From Candidatus Obscuribacteraceae bacterium (GTDB lineage Bacteria > Cyanobacteriota > Vampirovibrionia > Obscuribacterales > Obscuribacteraceae): a stretch of DNA of 64,000 nucleotides. The notes below the pieces were generated by a model. The model was not told where the DNA came from and did not search any database. It saw only the letters and a program-made list of their open reading frames with translations. Made by a program: the position numbers and the translations under genes. Below, one piece after another: positions 19,290 through 33,159 of this stretch (position 1 is the stretch's first letter; each line of letters begins with the position of its first letter). The stretch lies in assembly GCA_044229845.1 (NCBI GenBank), contig JBGASG010000002.1, positions 352,001-416,000 on the forward strand, given 5' to 3'.

Positions 19290-19310
19290 GAGTAAGTCCT
19301 CCTACTCATG
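19287..19310 (-). promoter_or_regulatory. Hairpin sequestering the start codon of the IS1595-derived gene
   Basis: Minus strand reads CATGAGTA-GGAGGACT-TACTCATG; SD in the loop, ATG inside the 3' arm. Confidence 0.65.
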
Positions 19311-19381
19311 TAACGATGTCACGCGCAAAAAAGTTCAATCATCCGAGATTAAATGAATGGGTGACCAAGAGGGTCAAAGCA

Positions 19382-19422
19382 AATAGATATCAGTTCGATG
19401 TAAACCCGAACCGATATCACTT
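19382..19422. repeat. Two degenerate copies of the GATATC palindrome
   Basis: AATAGATATCAGTT and AACCGATATCACTT; the second matches the 37537-37562 copy at 23 of 26 nt including flanks. Confidence 0.7.
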
Positions 19423-19452
19423 GGGCATTATCTACCAGATGGTGACTTTGAC

Positions 19453-20016
19453 TTACGCGTAGACGAGCGGTGGCATCACCATTGTGGGTTCAACCACAGG
19501 CAATCTCACTTTTTTGGCGACTGTGTCTAGCACCAGTTCGAGACGTGCCAACGGAGATGCTGCTGGAATTCTCTTCACTGGGACATTGCGACTGGAATAG
19601 CAATGTTCGAATATAGGGGTGATCTTACGAGTGAACTCCTGATTCTCCCAACGGACTCCGTTGTTGTCGAAGCTAGAGAGTTCCTCTACAAGGAATGCCA
19701 TTTCATAACGCGATGGAATGAGATGATCGAAGTCGGCTGGAGGGACCATTCCGTCGTTGATGTAATAGGCTTCGCCGTCGTATAGCGCGCGGTCAAGGAA
19801 GACTATGTCGGCCGAATCGACATACGGTGCCTCCACTTCAAGCTGACGACGCAGGACTTCGCGTTGGAAGCGGTCACGGTCAACCCAGGGAAGAAATTCG
19901 CCTTCTTGGATGATTTGGGTAGCCTGTTCCGGAACGACGCGGAATCCTCGCTGTTCCAGGAGCGAGATAATCGTCGTTTTGCCTACGGATGGACCACCGG
20001 TTACGACAAACAGCAT
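19453..20016 (-). CDS. AAA_28 / NadR-Ttd14-like P-loop NTPase
   Basis: MLFVVTGGPSVGKTT, VVPEQAT and FLDRALYD; AGGAG RBS before ATG 20016. Confidence 0.8.
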   Translation of the reverse strand: MLFVVTGGPSVGKTTIISLLEQRGFRVVPEQATQIIQEGEFLPWVDRDRFQREVLRRQLEVEAPYVDSADIVFLDRALYDGEAYYINDGMVPPADFDHLIPSRYEMAFLVEELSSFDNNGVRWENQEFTRKITPIFEHCYSSRNVPVKRIPAASPLARLELVLDTVAKKVRLPVVEPTMVMPPLVYA

Positions 20017-20152
20017 CGTCGTTCTCCTGTGAGCAAGTTCTGCCTGCCCACTTCGGAGGGCGAAACAGATATATTGACAACAACGAGTATCGTCCCCATG
20101 GCGAGGTTTTTCCAATGAAAAAAAGTACACTTTCTGTTGTACACTGATTCCG

Positions 20153-20668
20153 ATGCGGATATTCGGCGTAGATCCTGGCACTGCCACCACCGGCTACGGT
20201 GTTCTCGATGTCTCCGGTCGCAGCACCTTTAGATATATAACTAGCGGCATTATCAGTACACCCAAGGATATGCCAATGCACGAGCGCCTGCGCACGATTC
20301 GGTCAGACGCGCTCAGCCTCTTGGCGGAGTACGCTCCGGATATCCTTGTCATCGAACAGCTCTTCTTTTTTCGTAATGCCACCACTGTAATCCCGGTTGC
20401 ACAGGCCCGGGGTGTTTTGTTGGAAGCAGCAGCTACATACAACATCGACGTAGCCGAATACACGCCGATGCAAGTGAAGCTGAATCTGACCGGCTACGGG
20501 CGCGCCGACAAGAAAATGGTGCAGACACTGGTAGCGAAGCTTCTAGACCATCCATCCATTATCAAACCCGATGACGCAGCCGATGCGGTCGCGTTATGCA
20601 TTTGTCACGCGCGGGCCGGATTGAGTTTCGCACCACAAGCGGTGCCCTCGATCCAGCCCCACCCCTGA
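20153..20668 (+). CDS. ruvC: Holliday junction resolvase RuvC
   Basis: GVDPGTATTGYG, VIEQLFF, AQARGV, EYTPMQVK and DDAADAVA. Confidence 0.95.
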   Translation: MRIFGVDPGTATTGYGVLDVSGRSTFRYITSGIISTPKDMPMHERLRTIRSDALSLLAEYAPDILVIEQLFFFRNATTVIPVAQARGVLLEAAATYNIDVAEYTPMQVKLNLTGYGRADKKMVQTLVAKLLDHPSIIKPDDAADAVALCICHARAGLSFAPQAVPSIQPHP

Positions 20669-21585
20669 TGCCCGAAGCTAAACGACTCCGGATGAATTAG
20701 TTCGGCAAGAATCTCAAGCGACTCGACGACCCGAGGACCTGGTCGGTTGAAGTATTGATTGCCGTCAGCGACATAGACACGCCCTGCCTGCACGGCTTTC
20801 AAAGACTCCCAGCCGGGTTGCTGTGAGAGGAAATGCATATCCTGGCAGGTGCGAGCAATGTCGAAACCGCACGGCATGACGATAATCAAATCCGGGTCTG
20901 CCGCACGGAGATCGGCAAATTTCATTGCCGGAGAATGAGCGCCAGCTAAGCCGAAGAGGTTTGTCCCGCCGGCGATGTCCACAAGTTCCGGAACCCAGTT
21001 CCCGGCGGCCATCAAAGGATCAATCCATTCGATACACGCAACGCTTGGTCTGCCGCCGTCCGGGGATAGTTCCTTCACATGGCCAACCCGTTGCCGGATG
21101 TTGTCGATGCGACCATCCATGTCAGCCAGGAGCTGTGCTCCGCGCTCGGGCACGCGGAGAGCTTCACCAACTCGCTTGACGTCCGTCCAGATATCGGCCA
21201 GCGAATCCGGTTGCAGGGACACAATCCGGGGCTGGGAGCTGATCAGGCTGCATGCCGCCGCCTCCACATCCCGCAGGCTAACAGCACAGACTTCGCACTG
21301 AGATTGTGTAATTATGTGCGTGGGCTGGAGTTCAGCCAGTATTTGACTATCGACACGATAAACACTCAGAGCTTCCTGAAGAACCGCCCGCACTCGCTGG
21401 TCAATCTCATAGCTGGTACCATCAACATTGAATTTGGGCGAGGTGCAGACGGGTAGATCTTTAACAGAGGCGGGATAATCGCATTCATGGGAACGTCCCA
21501 CCACCCGATCCCCTAAGCCAAGCGCGAAAACAATCTCGGTTGCCGAGGCGATCAGCGAAACAATTCTCAGTCCGGTTGTATTCAT
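20605..21585 (-). CDS. Cobalamin/Fe-siderophore-type ABC substrate-binding protein (BtuF-like)
   Basis: RIVSLIASATEIV, VGRSHECDYP, GNWVPEL and YFNRPGPR. Confidence 0.85.
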   Translation of the reverse strand: MNTTGLRIVSLIASATEIVFALGLGDRVVGRSHECDYPASVKDLPVCTSPKFNVDGTSYEIDQRVRAVLQEALSVYRVDSQILAELQPTHIITQSQCEVCAVSLRDVEAAACSLISSQPRIVSLQPDSLADIWTDVKRVGEALRVPERGAQLLADMDGRIDNIRQRVGHVKELSPDGGRPSVACIEWIDPLMAAGNWVPELVDIAGGTNLFGLAGAHSPAMKFADLRAADPDLIIVMPCGFDIARTCQDMHFLSQQPGWESLKAVQAGRVYVADGNQYFNRPGPRVVESLEILAELIHPESFSFGHQGWGWIEGTACGAKLNPARA

Positions 21586-21615
21586 CGTCTATTCAGCTAT
21601 TCATCTGTTCTATAA

Positions 21616-23847
21616 GTGAGCATCGAGTTTAAAGAGAATAAGGCTCTGTACGAAGCGGTAAGCGAAGGCAAACCGTGGCCTCTGGGCGCGACTTGGGATG
21701 GGCAGGGCGTTAATTTTGCCATTTTCTCAGAACATGCTACCAAAGTAGAACTATGCCTGTTCGACTCAGTGGAGGCTCTCAAAGAAGTTCAGCGCGTCGA
21801 ACTCACGGAGCGCGACGCCTTCGTCTGGCACATCTATCTGAAGGGCATGAAACCCGGGCAGATGTACGGTTATCGAGTCTACGGTCCGTACGAGCCGGAG
21901 AAGGAGGGGCATCGATTCAACCCCAACAAACTGCTTACGGATCCCTATGCTAAAGCCATCGTTCGAGACGTGAAGTGGGACGACCGATTATTCGGCTATG
22001 TGGTTGTTCACGAGCCGCGCCAGACCGAGAAGGTAAAAAAAGAAGATGATACGGATGCCGATGAGGAAGAGAAAATAGACCTGACCTTCGACACCAGGGA
22101 CAGCGCGGCATACGCACCTTTATGCGCAGTGGTCGACGAGTCGTTTGACTGGGTAGACGATAAGCGCCCCGACATTCCCTGGAACCGGACAATCATCTAC
22201 GAATGTCACGTTAAAGGGCTTACGAAGCTCCATCCGGACATTCCCGAAGAGCTGCGCGGAACCTACTCGGGTGTGTCCAGTCCACCGATTATTGCCCACC
22301 TGAAGAAGCTGGGAGTCACTGCCATTGAACTTATGCCTGTGCATCACCATCTCGACAGCCGCTTCCTCGTAGAGAAAGGACTCGTCGATTACTGGGGCTA
22401 CAACACACTGGGATTCTTTGCTCCGGACAGGCGGTTCTCATCGCGTCCGGGATTAACCGATCACGTTCGCGAATTCAAAGAGATGGTGCGCGAGCTGCAT
22501 AGACACGACATTGAAGTCATTCTAGATGTCGTCTACAACCACACAGTCGAAGGTAACCAGTTAGGTCCAACTATCAGTTTCCGCGGCATCGACAACGTTT
22601 CCTACTACCGAACGGTTGCGGATGACCCGCGCTTCTACATGGACTATACGGGCTGCGGCAACACGCTGAACATGATGCACCCGAACGTCATCCAGTTGAT
22701 GATGGATAGCCTTCGTTACTGGGTCAATGAAATGCATGTGGACGGGTTTCGCTTCGACCTAGCCAGTGCTCTGGCTCGCGAATTGTACGATGTCGATCAC
22801 CTGGGCGCCTTCTTCGACGTAATTCAACAAGATCCTGTTGTTGGTCGGGTCAAACTGATCGCCGAACCCTGGGATGTTGGACCAGGCGGCTATCAAGTTG
22901 GCAATTTCCCGGCATTGTGGACCGAATGGAACGGCAAATACCGCGACACAGTCCGCCGCTTTGTCAAAGGTGACGAAGGCGTTGTGGGAGAAACAGCAAC
23001 CCGCCTCACCGGTAGCAGTGATCTCTATGAGAAATCTGGACGGCGCCCTCATGCCAGCATCAATTTCGTGACATGCCACGACGGCTTCACGTTACAAGAT
23101 CTGGTTTCGTACAACCAAAAACACAACGAGTCTAATAAAGAAGGAAACCGCGACGGCGAAAACAACAACAACAGCTGGAACTGTGGAGTCGAATCACAAA
23201 CCAAAGACAAGGCCATCAAGGCACTCCGCTATCAGCAAAAACGCAACTTCATGACCCTCCTCCTCTTCTCGATCGGCGTCCCCATGCTCAGCGGCGGCGA
23301 CGAACTTGGGCACACTCAAAGCGGAAACAACAACGCGTACTGCCAGGACAATCCAGTCAGCTGGTATCCGTGGGAATTAACCGATCGCGAAGACGAGCGT
23401 TTCTTCGAATTCGTACAGAGGCTCATTGAACTCAGAAAGTCTCAGCTCTCAATCCATCGCAAATCATTTTTCCGCGGCGATCTGGTTGAAGGTCGCTACC
23501 AGAACGACATTTACTGGTTGCACCCAGAGGGTCGCGAGATGAAGGAGTCAGACTGGACCGACAGACAACTGCGCACGCTGGGAATTCTCATCGAAGGCAG
23601 TGGCATTTGCGAAGTCGATGAGGTTCTGGGACCGGTCTGCGGGCACACCTTGCTGATCCTCGCCAATTCCTCCCACCTGGATTCGCCGTTTGAGATACCC
23701 AAGCACCCCCTGGGACCAACATGGAGCTTGCTGGTAGAAACATCCGAGCGAGTCTCCCGCACGACCTGGGATGCCGAGAGCTATTTCCCACTAAAAGCCC
23801 GCAGCGTTGCTGTTTTTCAGCTCGACGAGCCCATGGAACAGCGCTAA
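21616..23847 (+). CDS. glgX: Glycogen debranching enzyme (isoamylase)
   Basis: PLGATWDG, YWGYNT, DVVYNHT, VDGFRFDLA, KLIAEPWD and NFVTCHDGFT. Confidence 0.96.
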   Translation: MSIEFKENKALYEAVSEGKPWPLGATWDGQGVNFAIFSEHATKVELCLFDSVEALKEVQRVELTERDAFVWHIYLKGMKPGQMYGYRVYGPYEPEKEGHRFNPNKLLTDPYAKAIVRDVKWDDRLFGYVVVHEPRQTEKVKKEDDTDADEEEKIDLTFDTRDSAAYAPLCAVVDESFDWVDDKRPDIPWNRTIIYECHVKGLTKLHPDIPEELRGTYSGVSSPPIIAHLKKLGVTAIELMPVHHHLDSRFLVEKGLVDYWGYNTLGFFAPDRRFSSRPGLTDHVREFKEMVRELHRHDIEVILDVVYNHTVEGNQLGPTISFRGIDNVSYYRTVADDPRFYMDYTGCGNTLNMMHPNVIQLMMDSLRYWVNEMHVDGFRFDLASALARELYDVDHLGAFFDVIQQDPVVGRVKLIAEPWDVGPGGYQVGNFPALWTEWNGKYRDTVRRFVKGDEGVVGETATRLTGSSDLYEKSGRRPHASINFVTCHDGFTLQDLVSYNQKHNESNKEGNRDGENNNNSWNCGVESQTKDKAIKALRYQQKRNFMTLLLFSIGVPMLSGGDELGHTQSGNNNAYCQDNPVSWYPWELTDREDERFFEFVQRLIELRKSQLSIHRKSFFRGDLVEGRYQNDIYWLHPEGREMKESDWTDRQLRTLGILIEGSGICEVDEVLGPVCGHTLLILANSSHLDSPFEIPKHPLGPTWSLLVETSERVSRTTWDAESYFPLKARSVAVFQLDEPMEQR

Positions 23848-23857
23848 GCCAAAACTC

Positions 23858-23986
23858 AATAGATATCACTTCCGGATATCAAGGATGCCGAATCGCAAGT
23901 GATATCGCTTGCGATTTTCGTGACGACGCAGAACGATATCACTTCATGATTCCACGAGCGCCATCACTCAAGTGATATCTCTTGAG
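23858..23986. repeat. Four copies of the GATATC palindrome directly after glgX
   Basis: Cores at 23858, 23897 (extended near-palindrome AATCGCAAGTGATATCGCTTGCGATT), 23931 and 23970. Confidence 0.85.
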
Positions 23987-24399
23987 CATTTACGGGTGGA
24001 GTGTGCTCGTTTTCGTTGGGGCTGTCAGGCTGACGTAAGGTTTGCCGTAAGCCTCGTGTCAGGTTCGAGCGGTACATACATAGTTGACGACACAGAGCCC
24101 ATAAAATTTCTGCGGCTCACGTGAATCGTCGCGGCTTGACACTGCTATTGGTGCTCCGAAAAGTGCTTCTGCGGCTGCCTGAGCCCATCTTCACGCATGC
24201 TTCACGCGCATCACCGGTGGGTTGATTCGCAGAAACAAGTGAAGTAGGATCAAAAAAAGCCGGCATGCAATGAACGTTTGCCGAACACAAATCGATCACA
24301 AACGCGGCTACTCAAGAGCGTTTCAATTAGGCACCATATTTGGTGCCACGCATCAGAGGCAGTAACAGACGGTGCACAGTGACACCGTTGGAGGATCAA

Positions 24400-24675
24400 A
24401 TGACCAATCAAAAACGTAATCGCGGATTTGCAGCGATGAGTGAAGAAGAGCAACGCGCAATCGCTCGCAAAGGCGGAAAGGCCGCTCACGCAAAAGGTAC
24501 AGCAAACGAATTTGACTCCCAGAGCGCCGCGGAGGCAGGGCGCAAAGGCGGCAAGGCCGTGAGCCAGAATCGGCAGCACATGAGCGAGATCGGCAAGAAG
24601 GGCGGACTGGCCCGAGCAAAGAGCAAACTCAAGTCCGAGCAAGGCACTCAAGAACTAGAACTTTCTGCTAGTTAA
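24400..24675 (+). CDS. KGG-repeat general stress protein (YciG/GsiB/Con-10-like)
   Basis: RGFAAM, ARKGG, AGRKGG and IGKKGG repeats; GGAGG RBS. Confidence 0.88.
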   Translation: MTNQKRNRGFAAMSEEEQRAIARKGGKAAHAKGTANEFDSQSAAEAGRKGGKAVSQNRQHMSEIGKKGGLARAKSKLKSEQGTQELELSAS

Positions 24676-24692
24676 GTCTTGAACTAAGACTT

Positions 24693-24740
24693 CGGCTAAG
24701 TTTTTGGCTAAGTTTTTGGCTGAGTCTTCGGCTAGGTCTT
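24693..24740. repeat. 12-bp tandem repeat x4 at a convergent junction
   Basis: CGGCTAAGTTTT TGGCTAAGTTTT TGGCTGAGTCTT CGGCTAGGTCTT. Confidence 0.75.
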
Positions 24741-26654
24741 AGGCACCAGGCAGAGCATTCCCAATGGCGGCAGCGTCAGGGTTAATGACTGCTGACGCCC
24801 GTGAATGGGCATCGGATTGGTGTGGACTACGCCCATATTGCCGACGCCGCTGCCACCATAGTCTATGGCATCGGAGTTCAACACTTCCTGCCACTCGCCG
24901 TGACGCGGAACACCAATCATATAATTGAACCTGGGCAATGGTGTGAAGTTTGCCACCACTACCATCGGATTACCGTGGGCGTCCATGCGCAGATAGGTGA
25001 GGACTGACTGCTCCCAATCATTGCAGTCGACCCATTCGAAGCCCGCTCCACGACAGTCCTGCTCATGCAAGCAACCGTGGTCTCGATATAGCTTGTTCAG
25101 GTCGGCTACGAATTTTTTCACGCCTTCGTGGTTGTAGTAGTTGAGCAAATGCCAATCAAGCGAAGTTTCGAAATACCATTCGTTGAATTGCGCAAACTCG
25201 CCGCCCATGAACATCAGTTTCTTCCCTGGAACAGTCCACATATAGCCATAGAGCAGGCGCAGGTTGGCGAACTTTTGCCAGTAGTCACCGGGCATCTTGT
25301 TGAGCAACGACTTCTTGCCATATACGACTTCGTCGTGGGAAAGGGGCAGCACAAAATTCTCTGACGACCAATAGAGGCTGCGGAAAGTCAGGTTATTGTG
25401 GTGGTACTTGCGATGCACCGGATCGCGCTCAAAGAACTTCAGCGTGTCGTGCATCCAGCCCATGTCCCACTTGAAGCCGAAACCCAATCCGCCGACGTAA
25501 GTAGGTCTGGAGACCTGCGGCCAGGCGGTGGATTCTTCCGCGATCATGAGCGTGGCAGGAAACTCGGAGTGGACGGTTTCGTTCAGTTTCTTCATGAACG
25601 AGATCGCTTCCAGGTTCTCATTGCCGCCGTAATCGTTGGCGATCCACTCACCGCTCTTGCGCCCGTAGTCGCGATAGAGCATCGAAGCCACGGCATCGAC
25701 GCGCAAGCCGTCGATGTGAAACTTGTCCAGCCAGAAAAGCGCGTTGCTGAGCAGGAAGTTGGACACTTCGTAGCGTCCATAGTTGAACACATACGTGCCC
25801 CACTCCTTGTGTTCGCCGATCCGCCAGTCCTCGTGCTCGTACAAATGTGTGCCGTCGAAGAGCCCGAGTCCGTGCCCGTCTTTGGGGAAATGCGACGGCA
25901 CCCAATCAAGGATGACACCGATGTTGCCTTGATGCAGTTTGTCGATCAGATACATGAAGTCTTCCGGCGTGCCGAAACGGCTGGACGCCGCATAGAAACC
26001 CACCGGCTGATAGCCCCAGCTGGAATCTAATGGATGTTCCGAGACCGGCAAAAACTCGACATGCGTGAAGCCCATCTCGCTCACGTACTTGGTCAGTTTG
26101 TCAGCCAACTCTTTGTACGTGAGCCAGCGATTTTCTTCCTCGGGAACCCGCATCCATGAACCCAGATGCACTTCGTAAATCGAAATCGGTGACTCCAGAG
26201 GCGGCGTTGCACCGCGCGTCTTCAGCCACTTCTCATCGTTCCACTTATATTGATCGAGATCGAAAACAATCGAAGCTGTCTTCGGGCGCACCTCGGCATA
26301 GAATCCAACCGGGTCGGATTTTTGTTCCGCGCCGCCACCTGACTGCTCGACGTTGTATTTGTACGCCGCACCACTTTTGACACCGGGGACGAAACCAGCC
26401 CAGACGCCCGACTGAGCGATGGTTTGCAAGGGTGTTGCGTTCGCATCCCACTTGTTGAAATCACCGACCACCGTCACACGCTTGGCGTTCGGCGCCCAGA
26501 CCGCGAAGTGCGTTCCTTCCTTGCCGTCCGCACCATCTTTGATTACGTGAGCACCAAGCTTGTCGTAAACCTTCTGGTGCGTTCCCTCGTTAAACAGATG
26601 CAGGTCGTAGTCAGTGATGAAGGGCACCGCTGACTGTTGAGCCTTCGACGTCAT
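24732..26654 (-). CDS. glgB: 1,4-alpha-glucan branching enzyme
   Basis: FAVWAPNA, IYEVHLGSW, SWGYQ, DGLRVDAVASM, IAEESTAW and LSHDEVV. Confidence 0.96.
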   Translation of the reverse strand: MTSKAQQSAVPFITDYDLHLFNEGTHQKVYDKLGAHVIKDGADGKEGTHFAVWAPNAKRVTVVGDFNKWDANATPLQTIAQSGVWAGFVPGVKSGAAYKYNVEQSGGGAEQKSDPVGFYAEVRPKTASIVFDLDQYKWNDEKWLKTRGATPPLESPISIYEVHLGSWMRVPEEENRWLTYKELADKLTKYVSEMGFTHVEFLPVSEHPLDSSWGYQPVGFYAASSRFGTPEDFMYLIDKLHQGNIGVILDWVPSHFPKDGHGLGLFDGTHLYEHEDWRIGEHKEWGTYVFNYGRYEVSNFLLSNALFWLDKFHIDGLRVDAVASMLYRDYGRKSGEWIANDYGGNENLEAISFMKKLNETVHSEFPATLMIAEESTAWPQVSRPTYVGGLGFGFKWDMGWMHDTLKFFERDPVHRKYHHNNLTFRSLYWSSENFVLPLSHDEVVYGKKSLLNKMPGDYWQKFANLRLLYGYMWTVPGKKLMFMGGEFAQFNEWYFETSLDWHLLNYYNHEGVKKFVADLNKLYRDHGCLHEQDCRGAGFEWVDCNDWEQSVLTYLRMDAHGNPMVVVANFTPLPRFNYMIGVPRHGEWQEVLNSDAIDYGGSGVGNMGVVHTNPMPIHGRQQSLTLTLPPLGMLCLVPKT

Positions 26655-26657
26655 TTT

Positions 26658-30158
<3,501 letters not shown>

Positions 30159-30170
30159 GCTGCTTGCGCT

Positions 30171-32189
30171 CTACATGAAGTAATCGAAATTGTGTTCCGT
30201 TCGCAAGCGCTGCCGTACTCTAAAGATAAAAGCCGGGCTGACGTGCGGATTGAGCTCGATGTAGTTACGCGGACCGTTCCACTGAAACTTTCGCTCAGTT
30301 AGGAGATCGTGGACTTGATACCGATGTTCCAATCCAAATTGCTCAAGCGGAATATACAGATATCCAGCTTGGGTGTAGTTGGGATCGCAGTTGACCACAA
30401 TGATTAAGAGCTCGTCGTTATAAGGCGACTGGCGGGCATAGGCGATGATGTTCTCATTGTCGGTTTCGAGAAACTGCAAGTTGTGGTTAAACTGCAACGC
30501 GCTGGAATCGCGACGAATGCGATTGACGCGCGTGATGAAATGACTGATGGAGCCCTCGGCTTCCAGATTCCAGCGGCGCACCTCATACTTCTCGCTGTTT
30601 CGATACTCTTCGGTGCCCGGCATGGCATTGGCTACACAAAGTTCAAACGGCGGTCCGTAAACTCCATACGAGGCCGAGAGCGTAGCAGCCAGCACGAGCC
30701 GATTCATAAACGCCGGCTTGCCACCAACCTGCAAATATTCCGACAGAATGTCGGGCGTGTTGACAAAGAAATTTGGACGCAGGTATTCGGATACTTCGGT
30801 GCGGGTCAGCTCCAGCAGATAGTCTTCGATCTCGCGCTTGGAATTGCGCCACGTGAAGTAGGTGTATGACTGGGAGAAACCTACTTTCGCCAGATAGCGC
30901 ATCACCTTCGGGCGAGCGAAGGCTTCGGCCAGGAAGATGACACCAGGGTCGGTGCGCTTCACTTCGCGAATCAGATATTCCCAGAAACGATACGGCTTGG
31001 TGTGCGGGTTGTCGACACGGAAAATTTTGACGCCGTGTTCGACCCAGAAGAGCACCACATCTTTGAGTTCTTGCCAGAGAGCGCGCCAGTCGGCGCAATC
31101 GAAGGCGATCGGATAGATGTCTTCGTACTTCTTAGGTGGGTTTTCCGCGTACTTAATCGAGTTATCGGCGCGGCGGTAGAACCAATCGGGATGCTCCTTC
31201 ACCCACGGGTGATCAGGTGAGCATTGGAACGCCAGGTCGAGGGCGATCAAAATTTCGCGCTTGCGGGCTTCTTCGACCAGCTTATCGAAATCAGCCATGG
31301 TCCCCAGCTCGGGATGCACAGTCATGTGCCCGCCGGCTTCGCTGCCGATCGCCCAGGGGCTGCCGGGATCGTTATCCGATGCCAGAAGCGTATTGTTTGG
31401 CCCCTTGCGATTGGTGATACCGATCGGGTGAATGGGCGGCATGTAGAGCACGTCGAAACCCATGCCCCGAATGTACGGGAGCACGTGAATCACATCTTTG
31501 AGCGTGCCGTGCTTGTTCTCTTTGCCGGTGAAAAGCGAACGAGGAAACAACTCGTACCAGGTGCTGAACAGGGCGTAATGCGGTTCCACAGAAACAGAAA
31601 GATTCTTGCCGTAGTCGCAAACTTCACCACGCGGTGCGTAAGTGAACATCAAATGCTCGATACGTGCATCGGTCAAAAGCGGCGCCATTACTCCGCTTTT
31701 CAGCATGCTGATGAAACGGCCGATTTCTTCCTTTTCTTCGCCCTTTGCCTTGCCGTGCGCTGCCTCTAAGAGCAAAACGCCCTCGGCGATTTCTAGCTCG
31801 ATTTCCTGTCCTGCCTGCAGTTTGCGGGACGTATCGCGCCGCCAGTTGGCGAATTTGTCAATCCAGCCTCTAAATGTGTATTCATAGTGACCGAGTTCCA
31901 GAACATCAAACTGCCCGGCAAAACGATCGGGCTCGACCGTGGGCAAAAGACGCCTCTCCGCCCACTGCGCAGTGCCGTGCTTGCGAAACAGGACCGCGCT
32001 GGCAACCAGGTTATGGCCGTCGGCGTGCAAGTCGGCGGCCACCACGACAGGCTGCCCGGTGACGCGTTTGACGGCAAACTGTCCACAGTCGATTTCCGGA
32101 TAGACACCCTCAATGACAACACGGCTGGGCAATTCCATCGCCGACAGCCGGTTTTCGCCAGTCTGCTTGGCAGTACTTGATTTCGTCAT
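30171..32189 (-). CDS. glgE: Alpha-1,4-glucan:maltose-1-phosphate maltosyltransferase
   Basis: WYELFPRS, PPIHPIG, QCSPDHPW, ENPPKKYEDI, FRVDNPHTKP and FLAEAF; GGAG RBS before ATG 32189. Confidence 0.96.
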   Translation of the reverse strand: MTKSSTAKQTGENRLSAMELPSRVVIEGVYPEIDCGQFAVKRVTGQPVVVAADLHADGHNLVASAVLFRKHGTAQWAERRLLPTVEPDRFAGQFDVLELGHYEYTFRGWIDKFANWRRDTSRKLQAGQEIELEIAEGVLLLEAAHGKAKGEEKEEIGRFISMLKSGVMAPLLTDARIEHLMFTYAPRGEVCDYGKNLSVSVEPHYALFSTWYELFPRSLFTGKENKHGTLKDVIHVLPYIRGMGFDVLYMPPIHPIGITNRKGPNNTLLASDNDPGSPWAIGSEAGGHMTVHPELGTMADFDKLVEEARKREILIALDLAFQCSPDHPWVKEHPDWFYRRADNSIKYAENPPKKYEDIYPIAFDCADWRALWQELKDVVLFWVEHGVKIFRVDNPHTKPYRFWEYLIREVKRTDPGVIFLAEAFARPKVMRYLAKVGFSQSYTYFTWRNSKREIEDYLLELTRTEVSEYLRPNFFVNTPDILSEYLQVGGKPAFMNRLVLAATLSASYGVYGPPFELCVANAMPGTEEYRNSEKYEVRRWNLEAEGSISHFITRVNRIRRDSSALQFNHNLQFLETDNENIIAYARQSPYNDELLIIVVNCDPNYTQAGYLYIPLEQFGLEHRYQVHDLLTERKFQWNGPRNYIELNPHVSPAFIFRVRQRLRTEHNFDYFM

Positions 32190-32329
32190 AAAAGCGCTCC
32201 GTCCGCTGCGGACGCAAGATCGTACCATTTGAGGTTCCTGCAGGTCCGGGAAATCAGGGTAAATCCTGGAATCGGTCGTTCCTTGTCCCGCTGTTTCAGC
32301 CTTTGGCAACCGGCTAAAGTTCAACTCTA

Positions 32330-32343
32330 AAGCGATATCGCTT
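32330..32343. promoter_or_regulatory. Palindromic motif AAGCGATATCGCTT (single copy)
   Basis: Perfect palindrome between glgE and the divergent small ORF. Confidence 0.7.
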
Positions 32344-32365
32344 GAGGTTCGGGAGGACCGGAATC

Positions 32366-32629
32366 ATGACGAAAGCCGATACCAGCTCTTATGCGCGCAC
32401 TGTGAAGATTCGTCAGGCGGCAAAACGCTCATTTGTAGCCGCTTTGACCGAACTGGAGCCGGAAGCGCAACACGCAATAGTCAGTGACATCATGCAGGCG
32501 AACAATTTGGAATCCACCACGGATGACGCTGCAAGCAGACTCGCCACTCAGGAAACCCGCCTGGATTGGCAAGCGCTCAATCTTGATGAGGGATCGCGCG
32601 TCAGTGAAAGTTCGCAAGTGAACGCTTAA
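32366..32629 (+). CDS. Hypothetical protein, 87 aa
   Basis: GGGAGG RBS before ATG 32366; no recognised motif. Confidence 0.55.
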   Translation: MTKADTSSYARTVKIRQAAKRSFVAALTELEPEAQHAIVSDIMQANNLESTTDDAASRLATQETRLDWQALNLDEGSRVSESSQVNA

Positions 32630-32945
32630 CCTGATTGAACAGGTCGGCGAGACGAAGCAGTGCGTCTCGCGAACCGGCCATCTGGTTTTCACGCCCCATC
32701 ATCTCCATATCGGCGCTTATTTTTGACATCTCATTAGCGCCAACCGATGCACAGGCACCTTTCAGCTCGTGTGCTGCTGATTTGAGCGCCGCGGCATCTT
32801 GTGCAACCACCGCGGCATCCATGCGATTGAGCAGGTCTTCAGTCGAAGAAACGAACGTCTCGACGATGTCCTGTACCGCTTCGGCACCAAAGGATTCCTT
32901 CATGTCGTTCAGGGAACTAACTATGCTGGTCGCGTCGGCAGTCAT
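32601..32945 (-). CDS. Stand-alone Hpt (histidine phosphotransfer) protein
   Basis: AAHELKGACASVGA motif in an all-helical 114-aa protein. Confidence 0.88.
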   Translation of the reverse strand: MTADATSIVSSLNDMKESFGAEAVQDIVETFVSSTEDLLNRMDAAVVAQDAAALKSAAHELKGACASVGANEMSKISADMEMMGRENQMAGSRDALLRLADLFNQVKRSLANFH

Positions 32946-33159
32946 CTCTCGTCCTCGGCTTCTTTAACGCTCTCATAAAATATAGGGACAGGGCAGCCAA
33001 AACATTTGACGCTGTAACTATATCCTATACAGAAATCGCCCGAAGAAATCAGCACAGACTTATTAGGCAGATGACGATCTTGTCAAACAGAAAAACTCGC
33101 GCATCCGGAAACTCTGGTGCCGGAAAACTCGCACAGCGAGGCTCGCACCTCTGGTGGTG

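Noticed and set aside
18144..19422. Intact IS1595 element
   Set aside because: No terminal inverted repeats, target duplication or DDE motif could be identified
24330..24347. Sigma54 promoter or operator (GGCACCATATTTGGTGCC) upstream of the KGG gene
   Set aside because: The -12 element reads TTGG rather than TTGC; a single 7-bp inverted repeat is not enough evidence
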